A stretch of DNA of 64,000 nt from an uncultured Pelagibacteraceae bacterium (lineage in GTDB: Bacteria; Pseudomonadota; Alphaproteobacteria; Pelagibacterales; Pelagibacteraceae), in contig CACHTB010000001.1 of assembly GCA_902582735.1 (NCBI GenBank), positions 640 to 64,639 of the forward strand, read 5' to 3'. Below are positions 48,808 through 60,361 of this stretch, in pieces; within the stretch, counting starts at the first letter, position 1; every line of letters starts with the position of its first letter. Both the position numbers and the translations under genes were made by a program. The notes beneath the pieces were generated by a model. That model had not been told where the DNA came from. It saw only the letters and a list, made by a program, of their open reading frames with translations, and ran no database searches.

Positions 48808-51188
48808 TATTTAAAATCAGTTGCTTGTGGTCTTAATTCCGCAAAAGGAATAAATCTTAGGTAAAATAATAAACTTTTGTCTGGCAGCAGACTCCCATCC
48901 CTATAAAATCTTTTTTGATATTCTACAGATGCAATTAAGCAGTCAGTTTCGTATTGATACAATAGATTGTAGTATTCCGTAAAATCAGTTTTTAAATTTT
49001 TTGTAGTATTGAACTTTATTTTATTTTCTTTGCTTAGAAAAATGCTAGTTGTATTACTAATAGTTTCAACGTTTCCAATATAATTATCTTGCGACAAATA
49101 GTTAAAATCAGTTTCTATGAAGTTCAGGCCCAATTTTGTTGATATAGACTGATAATTAGAGTTTTTAAGATCTCTATCATAGGAAAAATTATAATTTATA
49201 TCTAGAGTTTTGATTGGTTTATAATTCAAATAACCTACAAAGTCAGACCTTGTTTGATCAAGTCTGCTCTTAGAAGGCAAATTATTATTTCTCTTATCAC
49301 TAATTGAGTTAGCAATTGCAAATTTGAAAATATCTGAGTTATTTTGGTCATTTATATTATACTCAACTCCAATAGCAACCGATCTACCCTCTTCTATATT
49401 TCTATTAGATCCAATTCTATTTAAAGAAAAGATATTATCATATGTCAATCTCAAATCTTTTCCAGATAGATTAGTAGAATTGTTTGGGCTTAATCTTGCT
49501 GCTAAAATTGGCTTTAAATATTTATTGTAATATTTTGTTTTTTTAATTAAAGGAAACTCGGACTTAAATAATACTGACTGATATAAATCACTATTATCGT
49601 CATCATCACGTGCATTGCTTGTAAATGAATTATCATGTTTTAATAATAATTGATAATTATTTTTAAATCCTTTCCTTGAAAAAATAGCATTTGAATTAAA
49701 TAAAAAATCATTTGTAATGACTGCTTGGTAATTGTTAGTGTTATATTGTTGTTGATAACCAGAGCTTTTAAAATAAAAATCACCATTATAACTTTCATCA
49801 ATCTCAATTTTTTTATTAAAATTATAATTTGGAAAAATATAGCGAAACCTATCGCTTTCCCTAGACGACAAATCCTCATATACAATAAAATCATTTGTAA
49901 ACGATGTATTTTCATCAATTTGGTTATTAATATAAAATTTTGATGTTAATAAACTTTCATTGTCAATAATGTCAGATGATCCTGATAGATTGTGTAATTT
50001 TAAATATTCATCATTCGTAACACTTTGATATTGTACATTGTAATTATTTCCACTTTTAGTCTTTCCTACTGATTTTGCAAAGAAATGCGAATTGGTATTT
50101 TTTCCGTCATTATTATAACTAAAGTCAGTAATAAAATTTGAATTTTCAAAAGCTTGTCTATATTCAGATTGTAAAATAAATTTATCATCAAGATAAATTC
50201 TTGGTTTAAAAGTAAAATCTTTGTCTAAACTTATAGCATTAAAATATGGAATATTTATCCAACTTCCATAATTATTAGAACTCCCATATGTTGCTGGCAA
50301 GAATCCAGACTTCCTTTTAACTGATGGATCTGGGTGACTGAAAAATGGAAAATAAAAAATTTCTTTATCAAATAACTTTAGCCAAGAATTTTTATAATTA
50401 AATGTTTTTTTTACTTTATCATGAGTAAACTCCTCTGTTTCTAGCTCCCATCCAGGACATGATTTATTCTCAGTATTGCACGTGGTAAAAACAGTCTTAT
50501 AAATTTTAGTTTCCTTGTCGTTTGAAGTTGCCGATCTACCTTTTAATATCGGATCATTATTCGGATTACCAAAATAATTATCTATAAATTCAATTTTTAG
50601 TTCTTTTCCAAGTATCTCTTTATTAATCAAATTAACTTTAGAATTTTCAAAAAAATAAATATTATTCTTGGCATCTATAATATTTATTTTTTTTGATGAT
50701 ATGATTTCATCAATTAGATTTAATGTAAAACTATCTTGAATGTTATATACATTACCTTGATCATCATTAATTGTAGTTTCATAGTTTGAATAAATAATTT
50801 GTAAATTCCTATTGTAAAACATATTTTTTGATAGGATTTCATATTTATCATCAATTTTTATTTTTGTTTTTCCTTTTGTATTCAATATATCAGTATTTTT
50901 GTTATAAATAGCATTATCAGAGGTTATTTTTAAATTTTGCAAATTATCAAAAAATATTACATTCCCTATCAAAGTGATTTCTTGTTTATTTTTATCATAA
51001 ATAGAATTATTTCCTTGCAAGAGTAATTTTTTTTCTTTTATAATTGCTTTTGAATTAACAGACTTAATAATATTATTATTATTATCTAAAATTTTTATAT
51101 TGTCAGAATAAATTTCAATATCTTCAGCGTACAAATTTATATTTACCAAAAGACAAAACATTGAAAATAAAAAAAAATTATTTTTCAT
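48807..51188 (-). CDS. lptD: LPS assembly outer-membrane protein
   Basis: FTTC...CP.W, PDPSVKRKSGFL, Y..DC; operon context. Confidence 0.88.
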   Translation of the reverse strand: MKNNFFLFSMFCLLVNINLYAEDIEIYSDNIKILDNNNNIIKSVNSKAIIKEKKLLLQGNNSIYDKNKQEITLIGNVIFFDNLQNLKITSDNAIYNKNTDILNTKGKTKIKIDDKYEILSKNMFYNRNLQIIYSNYETTINDDQGNVYNIQDSFTLNLIDEIISSKKINIIDAKNNIYFFENSKVNLINKEILGKELKIEFIDNYFGNPNNDPILKGRSATSNDKETKIYKTVFTTCNTENKSCPGWELETEEFTHDKVKKTFNYKNSWLKLFDKEIFYFPFFSHPDPSVKRKSGFLPATYGSSNNYGSWINIPYFNAISLDKDFTFKPRIYLDDKFILQSEYRQAFENSNFITDFSYNNDGKNTNSHFFAKSVGKTKSGNNYNVQYQSVTNDEYLKLHNLSGSSDIIDNESLLTSKFYINNQIDENTSFTNDFIVYEDLSSRESDRFRYIFPNYNFNKKIEIDESYNGDFYFKSSGYQQQYNTNNYQAVITNDFLFNSNAIFSRKGFKNNYQLLLKHDNSFTSNARDDDDNSDLYQSVLFKSEFPLIKKTKYYNKYLKPILAARLSPNNSTNLSGKDLRLTYDNIFSLNRIGSNRNIEEGRSVAIGVEYNINDQNNSDIFKFAIANSISDKRNNNLPSKSRLDQTRSDFVGYLNYKPIKTLDINYNFSYDRDLKNSNYQSISTKLGLNFIETDFNYLSQDNYIGNVETISNTTSIFLSKENKIKFNTTKNLKTDFTEYYNLLYQYETDCLIASVEYQKRFYRDGSLLPDKSLLFYLRFIPFAELRPQATDFK

Positions 51189-52257
51189 TAATTCTTACCC
51201 CTCCTAAAATACAAATAAGAAATAAAATTAGATGTGGTAACCAGATTGATAAGGCTATTGGAATTGTTTCATTTGAACCAAATAAACTAGAAAAATAATT
51301 TATATAATAAACAAATACAGATACAGACACTCCTATAATTATTGTAAAAAATTTTGTTTTTATAAAAGTAAAATTCATCATTATTAATAATCCTAAAATT
51401 GTCATTAATAAATAAAATATAGGTAAGCTATATAGTTTATTCAAATGTACCTTGACATCAGTTGTTGAATATCCAATTTTGGAGTAATTAGAAAATAGTA
51501 GGTTTAATTGATAAATATTTAATGAATTAAGATTAGAAAATAAATTTGAAATTATTTCTCCATCAAATGATGATGTATAATCTAATTTTTCGAATTTTTT
51601 GCTGCCTGAAAATTTATCGATTATTTTTACGTTATATAATGACCAGATTTTGTCCGAAATATTGGCATTTTTTGCAGTAATAATGTTTACTTTATCACTT
51701 GCTGCAATAGACTGAGTTATTGTTACCTCTTCAATATTATTTTTATTAAATTTTTTTGCATGAATTATATTAGATGACGTGCCAATCTCTTCTTTGATCC
51801 AAAGCCCATTTTCATTTACTACTGCTAGGTATTCATTTTCAGACGAAAATTTATTCTTTAAGTTTAAATAATGATTTTTTAAATTTGAGGAGAAAGTGTA
51901 AAAAATTAACAATATAAATGCTCCACAAAGTAGTGTTATAAATGACAATAAAGATAAAACCTTTAAGTTGTCAATACCGTGATTTTTGAATATTTCTATT
52001 TCATTTCTTTCGTTTAGATGAATATAAAAAAATTTTACTGAAATTAAAAATATAAATGGAAAAAGTTCAAATAATATAGATGGAGAATTAAGAAATGTAA
52101 GTAATATCGGATATTTGATACCAACATCATAATTTTCAAAAAATTTTATTTCCTCGAAAAAATTTAAAACAAAACTTAATCCTAAAAAAATTAAAGATAT
52201 TAATAATAAATATTTTACGAAAATTGTTGAAATATATAATTGATATTTTTTAAACAT
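51178..52257 (-). CDS. lptG: LPS export ABC permease
   Basis: YjgP/Q topology, NE...K.HG, GLWIKE. Confidence 0.75.
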   Translation of the reverse strand: MFKKYQLYISTIFVKYLLLISLIFLGLSFVLNFFEEIKFFENYDVGIKYPILLTFLNSPSILFELFPFIFLISVKFFYIHLNERNEIEIFKNHGIDNLKVLSLLSFITLLCGAFILLIFYTFSSNLKNHYLNLKNKFSSENEYLAVVNENGLWIKEEIGTSSNIIHAKKFNKNNIEEVTITQSIAASDKVNIITAKNANISDKIWSLYNVKIIDKFSGSKKFEKLDYTSSFDGEIISNLFSNLNSLNIYQLNLLFSNYSKIGYSTTDVKVHLNKLYSLPIFYLLMTILGLLIMMNFTFIKTKFFTIIIGVSVSVFVYYINYFSSLFGSNETIPIALSIWLPHLILFLICILGGVRINEK

Positions 52258-53375
52258 TATAAATATTTTAATTTAAAATTTGTTTTAAAAAGAATTGTTA
52301 AATAAAATATTACAACGAAAATTATAGGAGCGAATAAAATCAGCAAATCATTTATTAAATTTTGTATAACGAACTTAGATCCTATTTGTGAAATAATAAT
52401 AAATAAAAATCCAGTTAAGAATATAAAACTTTTGTAATATTTAAAATATTTATTTGATTTTGGTTTTATTAGTAGACTTGATGATATAAGTGATAGAATT
52501 AAAATATAAAAAGGTATTACAACTCTTTTATAAATTTCCTCCGTGATAGAATTAATTTTTCTAGGACATACTTTATTATTTTTTTTTTGTTTTATATAAA
52601 AATCATAAACACAGTTAAATAATTTTAAAGTTTTTTCTTGTTGTACTTTTTGAATTGTGACTGTTTTTGTTGAAAAATTTGAAAGATCATATTCAGTTTC
52701 CTTAAAATTCATATTGTAAAAATTATTTTCATTAGAATTAATTATACTTCCATTAAATAATTTAATTAAAAATTTATCCTCTATTTTTTGAATTTTTCCA
52801 CTTTCAGCTACAATTATTTTTGATGAGTTGTTATCTATTTTTTCATTTATATATATTTTCTTTATATTTCCGTTTTGATCATAACTATCTGTAAAAATTG
52901 TTAAATTTTTAAAAACATTTATAAATTTTTTCTCTGTTATCAGTGAGGGTAAAAAATCGACATTTGAATTTTTTAAATAAATTCTACTAAGGTTTTGGGT
53001 TAAAGGGACCAGATAAAGGCTCAAAAATAATTGCATAATTATAAATAAAATTGATAATTTAAGTACAAAATTAATTACACTTATTTTTTTTATACCATTA
53101 GTCCAAAAAACCAAAATCTCATTATTTTCCTCATATTTGTTTATTATGTAAAAACATGAAATAAAAAAAACAAATATTAAAATTCTACTAAAAATTTTAG
53201 GCAAACTTAAAATTGAATATAAAAAATAAACTCTCAAACTGTGACCATCCTCAGATACTATATCTAAGAAGTTTACTGCCTGTATTACCCATATTATTAA
53301 AGTAATACTTAGGGATGCGGCTATAAAAAAATAAATAATGTCTAATGAAAGTTTTCTGAAGAGCAATTTAGTCAT
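52257..53375 (-). CDS. lptF: LPS export ABC permease
   Basis: YjgP/Q topology, NEILVFWTNG; upstream of lptG, divergent from pepA. Confidence 0.75.
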   Translation of the reverse strand: MTKLLFRKLSLDIIYFFIAASLSITLIIWVIQAVNFLDIVSEDGHSLRVYFLYSILSLPKIFSRILIFVFFISCFYIINKYEENNEILVFWTNGIKKISVINFVLKLSILFIIMQLFLSLYLVPLTQNLSRIYLKNSNVDFLPSLITEKKFINVFKNLTIFTDSYDQNGNIKKIYINEKIDNNSSKIIVAESGKIQKIEDKFLIKLFNGSIINSNENNFYNMNFKETEYDLSNFSTKTVTIQKVQQEKTLKLFNCVYDFYIKQKKNNKVCPRKINSITEEIYKRVVIPFYILILSLISSSLLIKPKSNKYFKYYKSFIFLTGFLFIIISQIGSKFVIQNLINDLLILFAPIIFVVIFYLTILFKTNFKLKYL

Positions 53376-53429
53376 TGAAATTATAATTTTTATAAATATA
53401 CAACAATATCTATTAAATAATTTTAAAAT

Positions 53430-54854
53430 ATGAAGTTAAAATTAAATTTTGCAAGTACAATTCCAAAGTTGGCGGTAAAAAATGAGCTAATTTTTATTAA
53501 TAATAAAAATTTTAAGCATAAAACACTAGATCTAAAAGAGATTATAGATAATGAGTTGTTCAAAGAGCAAAAAATTGTACAGAGAAATCAAGATAAAAAA
53601 AACTTTATTTTAATAAATTGCATAGATAAAAAAAATTCATCAGATTTTGAAAATATAGGGTCAAACCTTTTTGAATTTCTATCAAAAAATAAGATTGAAA
53701 ATACTTTTTTTAGTTTAAGTTTACTTAATATCACAAATGTGCAGATCGAAAGAATTTTACATGGAGTAACTCTAAAATCTTATTCTTTTGAAATTTATAA
53801 AACAAAAAAAAATATAAAAAAATTTATAAATATTAATATTATTGGTAAGAGTAAAAAAAGTATTTTAAAAACCAAATTAGATGCTCTTGCCGCAGGTGTA
53901 TTCTTAACAAGGGATTTGGTTTCTGAACCAGGAAATATTTTACATCCTGATGAGTATGCAAAAAGAATATTAAAGCTAAAGAAGTTGGGAATCAAAATTA
54001 CAGTTTATGATAAGAAAAGATTAAAGAAAATGGGATGTGGTGCTTTGTTAGGCGTAGGTCAAGGAAGCATTCGGGGCTCTTATCTTGTTACAATGGAATG
54101 GAAAGGTGCCTCTAGTAAATCCCAACCTTTAGCTTTTGTAGGAAAAGGAGTTTGTTTTGACACCGGCGGTATTTCATTAAAACCGGCGAAGTTTATGGAG
54201 GATATGACATATGACATGGCAGGTTCAGCAGTCGTAGTTGGCTTAATGAAAAATTTTGCACTTAGAAAGGCTAAAATTAATGCAGTTGGTGTAGTCGGTC
54301 TTGTTGAAAATATGCCTGGAGGAAATGCTCAAAGACCAGGAGATATAGTTAAATCCTATAGTGGAAAAACCATTGAAGTATTAAATACTGATGCCGAAGG
54401 AAGATTAGTTTTAGCAGATGCCCTAACTTTCACAGAGGAAAAATTTAAACCTAATTTAATTATAGATCTTGCAACATTAACAGGTGCAATAATTGTTTCA
54501 TTAGGATCTGAGTATGCTGGATTATTCTCAAATAATAATAAGCTTTCAAAACAATTATATGAAGCAGGTGAAAAAGTAGAAGAAAAAGTATGGAGAATGC
54601 CACTTCACAAAAATTACGACAAATTAATTAATTCTAAAAATGCAGACATGCAAAACATTAATTATATTGGTGGAGCAGGATCAACCACTGCTGCTCAATT
54701 TCTTCAAAGATTTATACTTAATAAAACACCTTGGGCTCATTTAGATATAGCTGGGATGTCTTTTTCTAAATATGCAGGAGCATTGAATTCTGGAGGTGCA
54801 ACAGGGTATGGAGTTAGATTATTAAATAAATTTGTAGAGGAAAACTATGAGTAA
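53430..54854 (+). CDS. pepA: Leucyl aminopeptidase (M17)
   Basis: GKGVCFDTGG, DMAG, NTDAEGRL, ATLTGA, HLDIAG. Confidence 0.95.
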   Translation: MKLKLNFASTIPKLAVKNELIFINNKNFKHKTLDLKEIIDNELFKEQKIVQRNQDKKNFILINCIDKKNSSDFENIGSNLFEFLSKNKIENTFFSLSLLNITNVQIERILHGVTLKSYSFEIYKTKKNIKKFININIIGKSKKSILKTKLDALAAGVFLTRDLVSEPGNILHPDEYAKRILKLKKLGIKITVYDKKRLKKMGCGALLGVGQGSIRGSYLVTMEWKGASSKSQPLAFVGKGVCFDTGGISLKPAKFMEDMTYDMAGSAVVVGLMKNFALRKAKINAVGVVGLVENMPGGNAQRPGDIVKSYSGKTIEVLNTDAEGRLVLADALTFTEEKFKPNLIIDLATLTGAIIVSLGSEYAGLFSNNNKLSKQLYEAGEKVEEKVWRMPLHKNYDKLINSKNADMQNINYIGGAGSTTAAQFLQRFILNKTPWAHLDIAGMSFSKYAGALNSGGATGYGVRLLNKFVEENYE

Positions 54855-55257
54855 TACCGAACAAACACTTTCAATCATTAAACCTGATGCTGTGGAAAGA
54901 AACCTACAAGATGAAATAAAAAAAGAATTTTTAAATAAAGGATTTGAAATTAAAAAAGAAAAAAAAATTCATATTTCAAAACAAGAGGCAGAACAATTTT
55001 ATAAAGTGCATGAGACTAAACCATTTTACAATGAACTATGTTCATACCTTTCTTCGGGCCCTATAGTGGTTATGGAATTAATAAGAGAAAACGCCGTTTT
55101 AGAGAACAGAAAGTTAATGGGTGCAACAAATCCTAAAGATGCTGATGAAGGAACTATTAGAAAAAAGTATGGTATTTCAATAGACAAAAACTCAGTTCAT
55201 GGCTCTGATAGTCCTGAGAATGCCAAAATAGAGTTAGACTTTTTTTTTAAAGACTAG
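54847..55257 (+). CDS. ndk: Nucleoside diphosphate kinase
   Basis: IKPDAV, GATNP, GTIR, NSVHGSDS. Confidence 0.96.
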   Translation: MSNTEQTLSIIKPDAVERNLQDEIKKEFLNKGFEIKKEKKIHISKQEAEQFYKVHETKPFYNELCSYLSSGPIVVMELIRENAVLENRKLMGATNPKDADEGTIRKKYGISIDKNSVHGSDSPENAKIELDFFFKD

Positions 55258-55833
55258 ACTTTTAAAAAATTTTTCAATTGCAGCTGGATAAAGTTTATGT
55301 TCAATCTTCAAAACTTTTTTAGCTAAAGTTTTTTCAGTATCATTCTTCAAAATTTTTACTTTTTTCTGTAATATTATTTTTCCAGAATCTAATTTAGGAG
55401 TAACAAAGTGTACCGTTGCTCCTGAGAATTTATCTTTATTTTTAATTGCTCTTCTGTGAGTATTTAAACCTTTATATTTTGGCAATAAAGAGGGATGAAT
55501 ATTTAAAATTGGATTTTTAAACTTTTTTATGAAATCCAATGATAAAATTTTCATAAAACCTGCCAAACAAATTAAATCGATTTTATTTTTTCTTAGGTAT
55601 CCTAATATTTTATACTCTGCTTGCTTTTTTTTTGAATAATTTATTACATGATATTTAATCATATTTTTTTTAGCCAACTCTAAACCTTTTGAAAGTTTAT
55701 TATTGGAAATTATTAGATTAATTTTAATTTTAGATTTTTTTTTCTTTGAGTAGTTAATTAAGGAAAGTAGGTTACTCCCTCTTCCGGAAATAAAAATAGA
55801 AATATTTAAATTTCTACCAATTAATTTTTCCAC
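55234..55833 (-). CDS. purN: Phosphoribosylglycinamide formyltransferase
   Basis: SGRGSN, LAGFM, NIHPSLLP, LDSG. Confidence 0.95.
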   Translation of the reverse strand: MEKLIGRNLNISIFISGRGSNLLSLINYSKKKKSKIKINLIISNNKLSKGLELAKKNMIKYHVINYSKKKQAEYKILGYLRKNKIDLICLAGFMKILSLDFIKKFKNPILNIHPSLLPKYKGLNTHRRAIKNKDKFSGATVHFVTPKLDSGKIILQKKVKILKNDTEKTLAKKVLKIEHKLYPAAIEKFFKSLVFKKKV

Positions 55834-56836
55834 TTAAATTTACTTTTTTTTTATTTTTTGAAATTTTTCCTATTATATAAGGTTCATATTTCTTATTAAA
55901 ATTCAATTTTACCTTATTGAAGTTTTTTTTATTTATGATTAAACAGAAACCAACCCCACAATTAAATGTTCTTAACATTTCCATATTTGATACTCCTGAG
56001 TTTTTAAGCCATCTAAAAATTTTTTGAGTTTTAATTTTATCTAAATCTATATTCGCACATAAATTATTTGGAATAACTCTTTTAATGTTATCTTCTATTC
56101 CACCTCCAGTTATATTTGCACAACCATTGATAAGATCTTTGTTTATTAATTTAATAATTTCTTTTACATAAATTTTAGTTGGTTTTATCAATTCTTTCTT
56201 GAGATATTCATTTTTATTTATTTTTATTTTCTTAACTTTTAAAACTTTTCTAACAAGTGAAAAGCCATTAGAATGTATACCACTTGATGGAATGGCTAAT
56301 ATTAAATCATTATCTTTTATTTTATTAATTAAAATATTTCTTTTTTCAACTAAACCAACGGAAAAACCTGCAAGATCAAATTTACCTGGTGAATATGTAC
56401 CAGGCATTTCAGCTGTTTCTCCTCCTACAAGATTACAACTTGATAACTCACATCCCCTGACAATACCTTTAATAATTTCTTTCATTTTTTTTAAATTTAT
56501 TTTGTCTGTTGAAATATAATCTAGAAATAAAAAAGGTTTTGCACCCTGAACAATTAAATCATTTACACACATCGCAACAAGATCTATGCCAATTGTATTA
56601 AATTTTTTAATTTCATTTGCTATCTCTAATTTTGTTCCTACCCCGTCTGTGCTAGTTACAATGTGAATGTTTTTGAAGTTTTTTGGTATTCTTGAAATTG
56701 CCCCAAATCCACCAATATTCTTAAAATTAACACTTTTCTTTGTTTTTTTTGTTAAATTTGAAATGAAATTTACAAATTTATCAGCATTCTTTATGTTTAC
56801 TCCACTATTTTTGTATGTGAGTTTTTGCGAGTTCAT
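55814..56836 (-). CDS. purM: Phosphoribosylformylglycinamidine cyclo-ligase
   Basis: TDGVGTK, AMCVND, GGETAEMP, HSNGFSL, TFNCG. Confidence 0.95.
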   Translation of the reverse strand: MNSQKLTYKNSGVNIKNADKFVNFISNLTKKTKKSVNFKNIGGFGAISRIPKNFKNIHIVTSTDGVGTKLEIANEIKKFNTIGIDLVAMCVNDLIVQGAKPFLFLDYISTDKINLKKMKEIIKGIVRGCELSSCNLVGGETAEMPGTYSPGKFDLAGFSVGLVEKRNILINKIKDNDLILAIPSSGIHSNGFSLVRKVLKVKKIKINKNEYLKKELIKPTKIYVKEIIKLINKDLINGCANITGGGIEDNIKRVIPNNLCANIDLDKIKTQKIFRWLKNSGVSNMEMLRTFNCGVGFCLIINKKNFNKVKLNFNKKYEPYIIGKISKNKKKVNLSGKINW

Positions 56837-56848
56837 AAATTATTAAAA

Positions 56849-57922
56849 ATGACTATATCTAAAAAAATATATAATTATCTATACATTCTTTTTTTAGTTT
56901 TAATTATTGTTTTTAGTGAGTTTTCCACAAATTTTGTAAAGGCTAAAAATTTTGTAATTAAGGATATAGAAATTCAAGAAAAATATGATTTAGATTTTGA
57001 TAAAATAAAGGTAGTTGATAAAGCCTTCAAAAAAGCTTTTGAAATACTAATTTCAAAAATTTTACAAAGTGAAAACAGAAATATTTCTAAATCCATTAAC
57101 ATTAACCAAATCAAAAGTTTTGTAGAAGGTTTTTCATTGAGGGAGGAAAAATTTGTAGATGATAATTACCAAGCAAAAATAAATGTGGATTTTAATAAAA
57201 AAGATTTAATTAGTTATTTTAATTCGAAAGGGATTATTACATCGTCAATAAATCCAATTGATGTCATGATATTACCTATACTGATAGATTTAAAAAAAAA
57301 TCAGATATTTTCATATTCAAATAATCCTTTCTTTCTAAATTGGAACTTAATTAATAAAAAATTTCATCAAATAAATTATGTTTTACCCAATGAGGATATT
57401 GAAGATTTTTCAATAATTAGAAAAAATATTAGTGATATAGAAAATTATAATTTTAATGAAATATTTAATAAATATAATTTAAAAAATAGAATTTTACTCG
57501 TTTTATTAAATCAAGATAACAACCTTAAAGTTTTTTCTAAACTGAATTTAGAAAATAGTGAGATGTACATAAATAAGAATTTGAAAGATTTTAATATGAA
57601 AAACTTAAATCAGATAAATGATGCAATTTTGGGTTTAAAAAACGATTATGAAAATAAATGGAAATCATTAAACAAAATTAATACGTCTATAATACTTAAT
57701 ATCAGATTATCCATAGATTCGAATAATTTTTTACTATCAAATAATTTAGAAAATTATTTAAATGAAGTAGATTTAATTTCAAATTATAAAATTGAAGACT
57801 TTAATAGCAAGCAAATTATATATAAAATAGTATTCAATAGTACCCCAGATAAGTTTTTAAAAATTATGGAAAATGCAAAATTTAAAGTTGATACCTCCAA
57901 AGATATTTGGAAATTACAATGA
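56849..57922 (+). CDS. Exported hypothetical protein (DUF2066-like), between purM and hda-like gene
   Basis: N-terminal hydrophobic segment; position matches the usual purM / DUF2066 / hda arrangement. Confidence 0.6.
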   Translation: MTISKKIYNYLYILFLVLIIVFSEFSTNFVKAKNFVIKDIEIQEKYDLDFDKIKVVDKAFKKAFEILISKILQSENRNISKSININQIKSFVEGFSLREEKFVDDNYQAKINVDFNKKDLISYFNSKGIITSSINPIDVMILPILIDLKKNQIFSYSNNPFFLNWNLINKKFHQINYVLPNEDIEDFSIIRKNISDIENYNFNEIFNKYNLKNRILLVLLNQDNNLKVFSKLNLENSEMYINKNLKDFNMKNLNQINDAILGLKNDYENKWKSLNKINTSIILNIRLSIDSNNFLLSNNLENYLNEVDLISNYKIEDFNSKQIIYKIVFNSTPDKFLKIMENAKFKVDTSKDIWKLQ

Positions 57923-58575
57923 GAGAACTAAACCAATTATTACTTGAATTTGATCATGATATTGAATTTAACGAACATGATTATTGTGTATCAAATAGTA
58001 ATTATTTAGCCTTTAATTTAATTCAAAATTGGCCAAAATGGGAAAGAAAAATACTTAATGTTTCGGGAGATACATTTTCAGGAAAAACGCACCTGGCCAA
58101 AATTTTTCAAGATAAAAGTAATGCTTTATATTTGGGTCACAGTGATATTAAAGAAGAAGTGTTCAAAAAAATTAAGTTAAATGAATCTATTGTTATTGAT
58201 GATTTTGAAAAAATTAAAAATGAAAATTTATTATATTCTTTATTTAATTTGATTTATCAAGATAATAAGTACTTACTAATTTTATCTAACAGAGCAATAA
58301 GTGAGATTAATTATAGTCTTGATGATTTAAATTCAAGAGCAAAAAATTGCATATTTGCGCAAATTGAAAATCCCGATGACGACTTAATTTTTGCAATTAT
58401 TGTAAAAAGTTTTTCAGATAGACAAATCAAATTAGAAAAAAAATTACTAGAATTTATTATAAAAAGGATAGACAGATCTTATGGTAAAATTTACGAATTT
58501 ATATATAAGGTTGACCAATTAAGTTTGAAAAAAAAAAAACCTGTTAATTTGAGAACAATAAAAGAAATACTGTAA
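57919..58575 (+). CDS. Hda/DnaA-like AAA+ protein
   Basis: QL.L, SGKTHLA Walker A, DL.SR, PDD, IDRS. Confidence 0.82.
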   Translation: MRELNQLLLEFDHDIEFNEHDYCVSNSNYLAFNLIQNWPKWERKILNVSGDTFSGKTHLAKIFQDKSNALYLGHSDIKEEVFKKIKLNESIVIDDFEKIKNENLLYSLFNLIYQDNKYLLILSNRAISEINYSLDDLNSRAKNCIFAQIENPDDDLIFAIIVKSFSDRQIKLEKKLLEFIIKRIDRSYGKIYEFIYKVDQLSLKKKKPVNLRTIKEIL

Positions 58576-58576
58576 G

Positions 58577-60361
58577 TTGAATAAATATAGAACACATACA
58601 TGCGGAGAACTAAATATCTCTCACAAAGGCAAAAAGATTATTTTATCTGGATGGATTAATAAAAAAAGAGACCATGGCAATCTCTTATTTATTGATTTAA
58701 GAGACAATTTTGGAATTACCCAGTGTGTTGTAGATAATGACAACGAACTATTTAATAGAATAGAAATCCTTCCATTAGAAACTGTAATAAAAATAACAGG
58801 GGAAGTAATTGAGAGAAACAAAGATACTGTTAATGAAAATTTATCAACTGGCGAAATAGAAATTTCAATTAATGATTTTGAAATTCTTGGGCAAACAAAA
58901 GAACTTCCTATGCCAGTTTTTTCAGATCAAGAATATTCAGAGGAAATTAGACTAAAATATAGATTTTTGGATTTAAGAAGAAAAAAAATTCATCAAAATA
59001 TTATCCTAAGATCAAATGTTATTTCTTTTATTCGATCAGAAATGAATAATTTAGGATTTTTAGAATTCCAAACACCAATTTTAACATCCTCTAGTCCTGA
59101 AGGAGCTAGAGATTTCTTAGTTCCAAGTAGATTAAATCCAGGAAAATTTTATGCACTGCCTCAAGCTCCCCAACAGTTCAAACAATTAATAATGGTATCA
59201 GGCTTTGATAAATACTTTCAAATAGCACCGTGCTTTAGAGATGAAGATGCAAGAGCTGATAGAAGCCCAGGTGAATTTTACCAATTAGATTTAGAAATGT
59301 CATTTGTTGAACAGCAAGATGTCTTTGATGTGGTGGAAAAATTGATGGTTAAAGTTTTTAAAAATTTTTCAGATAAAAAATTACTTTTTGAGACTTTTCC
59401 AAAGATTTCCTATTTAGACACTATGTTGAAATATGGATCAGATAAACCAGATTTAAGAAATCCACTTATTATTTCTGATATTACAAAATTATTTGAAAGG
59501 GATGATATAAGTTTCGAAATATTTAAAAATTTAGTTAAGAAAGGTTCTATTGTAAGATCTATCGTTACTAAAAATACTAAAGATAAACCAAGAAGTTTTT
59601 TTGATGGTATAGATAAGTGGGCAAAGGAACAAGGTTCATCTGGTCTTGCTTATTTTACTTTAGAAAAAAATGATATAATAACAGCAAAGGGACCAGTTGG
59701 TAAATTTTTTTCAGAAGAGTCTCTAGTAGAATTGATGAAAATCACAAATGCAGAGATAGGGGATACAGTTTTTCTTTCTTGTGGTAAACAAAAGGAAGTA
59801 GAAAAAATATTATCAATTGCTCGAACAAAGATAGCAGAGGAGCTTAAAATTATTAAAGAAGATTATTTTGCGTTCTGTTGGATAGTGGATTACCCAATGT
59901 TTGAAATAGACGAACAAACCAAAAAAATAAGTTTTAGCCACAATCCATTTTCAATGCCACAAGGAGATATTAAAAACTTAGATTTAACAGACCCTCTTTC
60001 TTTAAAAGCTTTTCAATATGACATTGTATGTAATGGGATCGAGTTGTCATCTGGAGCCATTAGAAATCATGTGCCAGAATTAATGTATAAACTATTTGAT
60101 ATAGCTGGTTACTCTAAGAAAGATGTTGAGGAAAAATTTAGTGGAATGATAAATGCATTGAGTTATGGCGCACCACCGCACGGAGGTATTGCCCCAGGTA
60201 TAGATAGAATAGTGATGCTCTTAGCTGACGAAAAAAATATTCGAGAAGTTACTATGTTTCCGATGAATCAAAATGCTCAAGATCTAATGATGAATGCACC
60301 ATCTACAATTAGCGATGATCAATTAAAGGAATTAAACCTCAATGTTAAAAAAAAAACCTAA
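58577..60361 (+). CDS. aspS: Aspartate-tRNA ligase (TTG start)
   Basis: YRTHTCGEL, RDHG, LPQAPQ, FRDED.R, PPHGG.A.G.DR. Confidence 0.96.
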   Translation: MNKYRTHTCGELNISHKGKKIILSGWINKKRDHGNLLFIDLRDNFGITQCVVDNDNELFNRIEILPLETVIKITGEVIERNKDTVNENLSTGEIEISINDFEILGQTKELPMPVFSDQEYSEEIRLKYRFLDLRRKKIHQNIILRSNVISFIRSEMNNLGFLEFQTPILTSSSPEGARDFLVPSRLNPGKFYALPQAPQQFKQLIMVSGFDKYFQIAPCFRDEDARADRSPGEFYQLDLEMSFVEQQDVFDVVEKLMVKVFKNFSDKKLLFETFPKISYLDTMLKYGSDKPDLRNPLIISDITKLFERDDISFEIFKNLVKKGSIVRSIVTKNTKDKPRSFFDGIDKWAKEQGSSGLAYFTLEKNDIITAKGPVGKFFSEESLVELMKITNAEIGDTVFLSCGKQKEVEKILSIARTKIAEELKIIKEDYFAFCWIVDYPMFEIDEQTKKISFSHNPFSMPQGDIKNLDLTDPLSLKAFQYDIVCNGIELSSGAIRNHVPELMYKLFDIAGYSKKDVEEKFSGMINALSYGAPPHGGIAPGIDRIVMLLADEKNIREVTMFPMNQNAQDLMMNAPSTISDDQLKELNLNVKKKT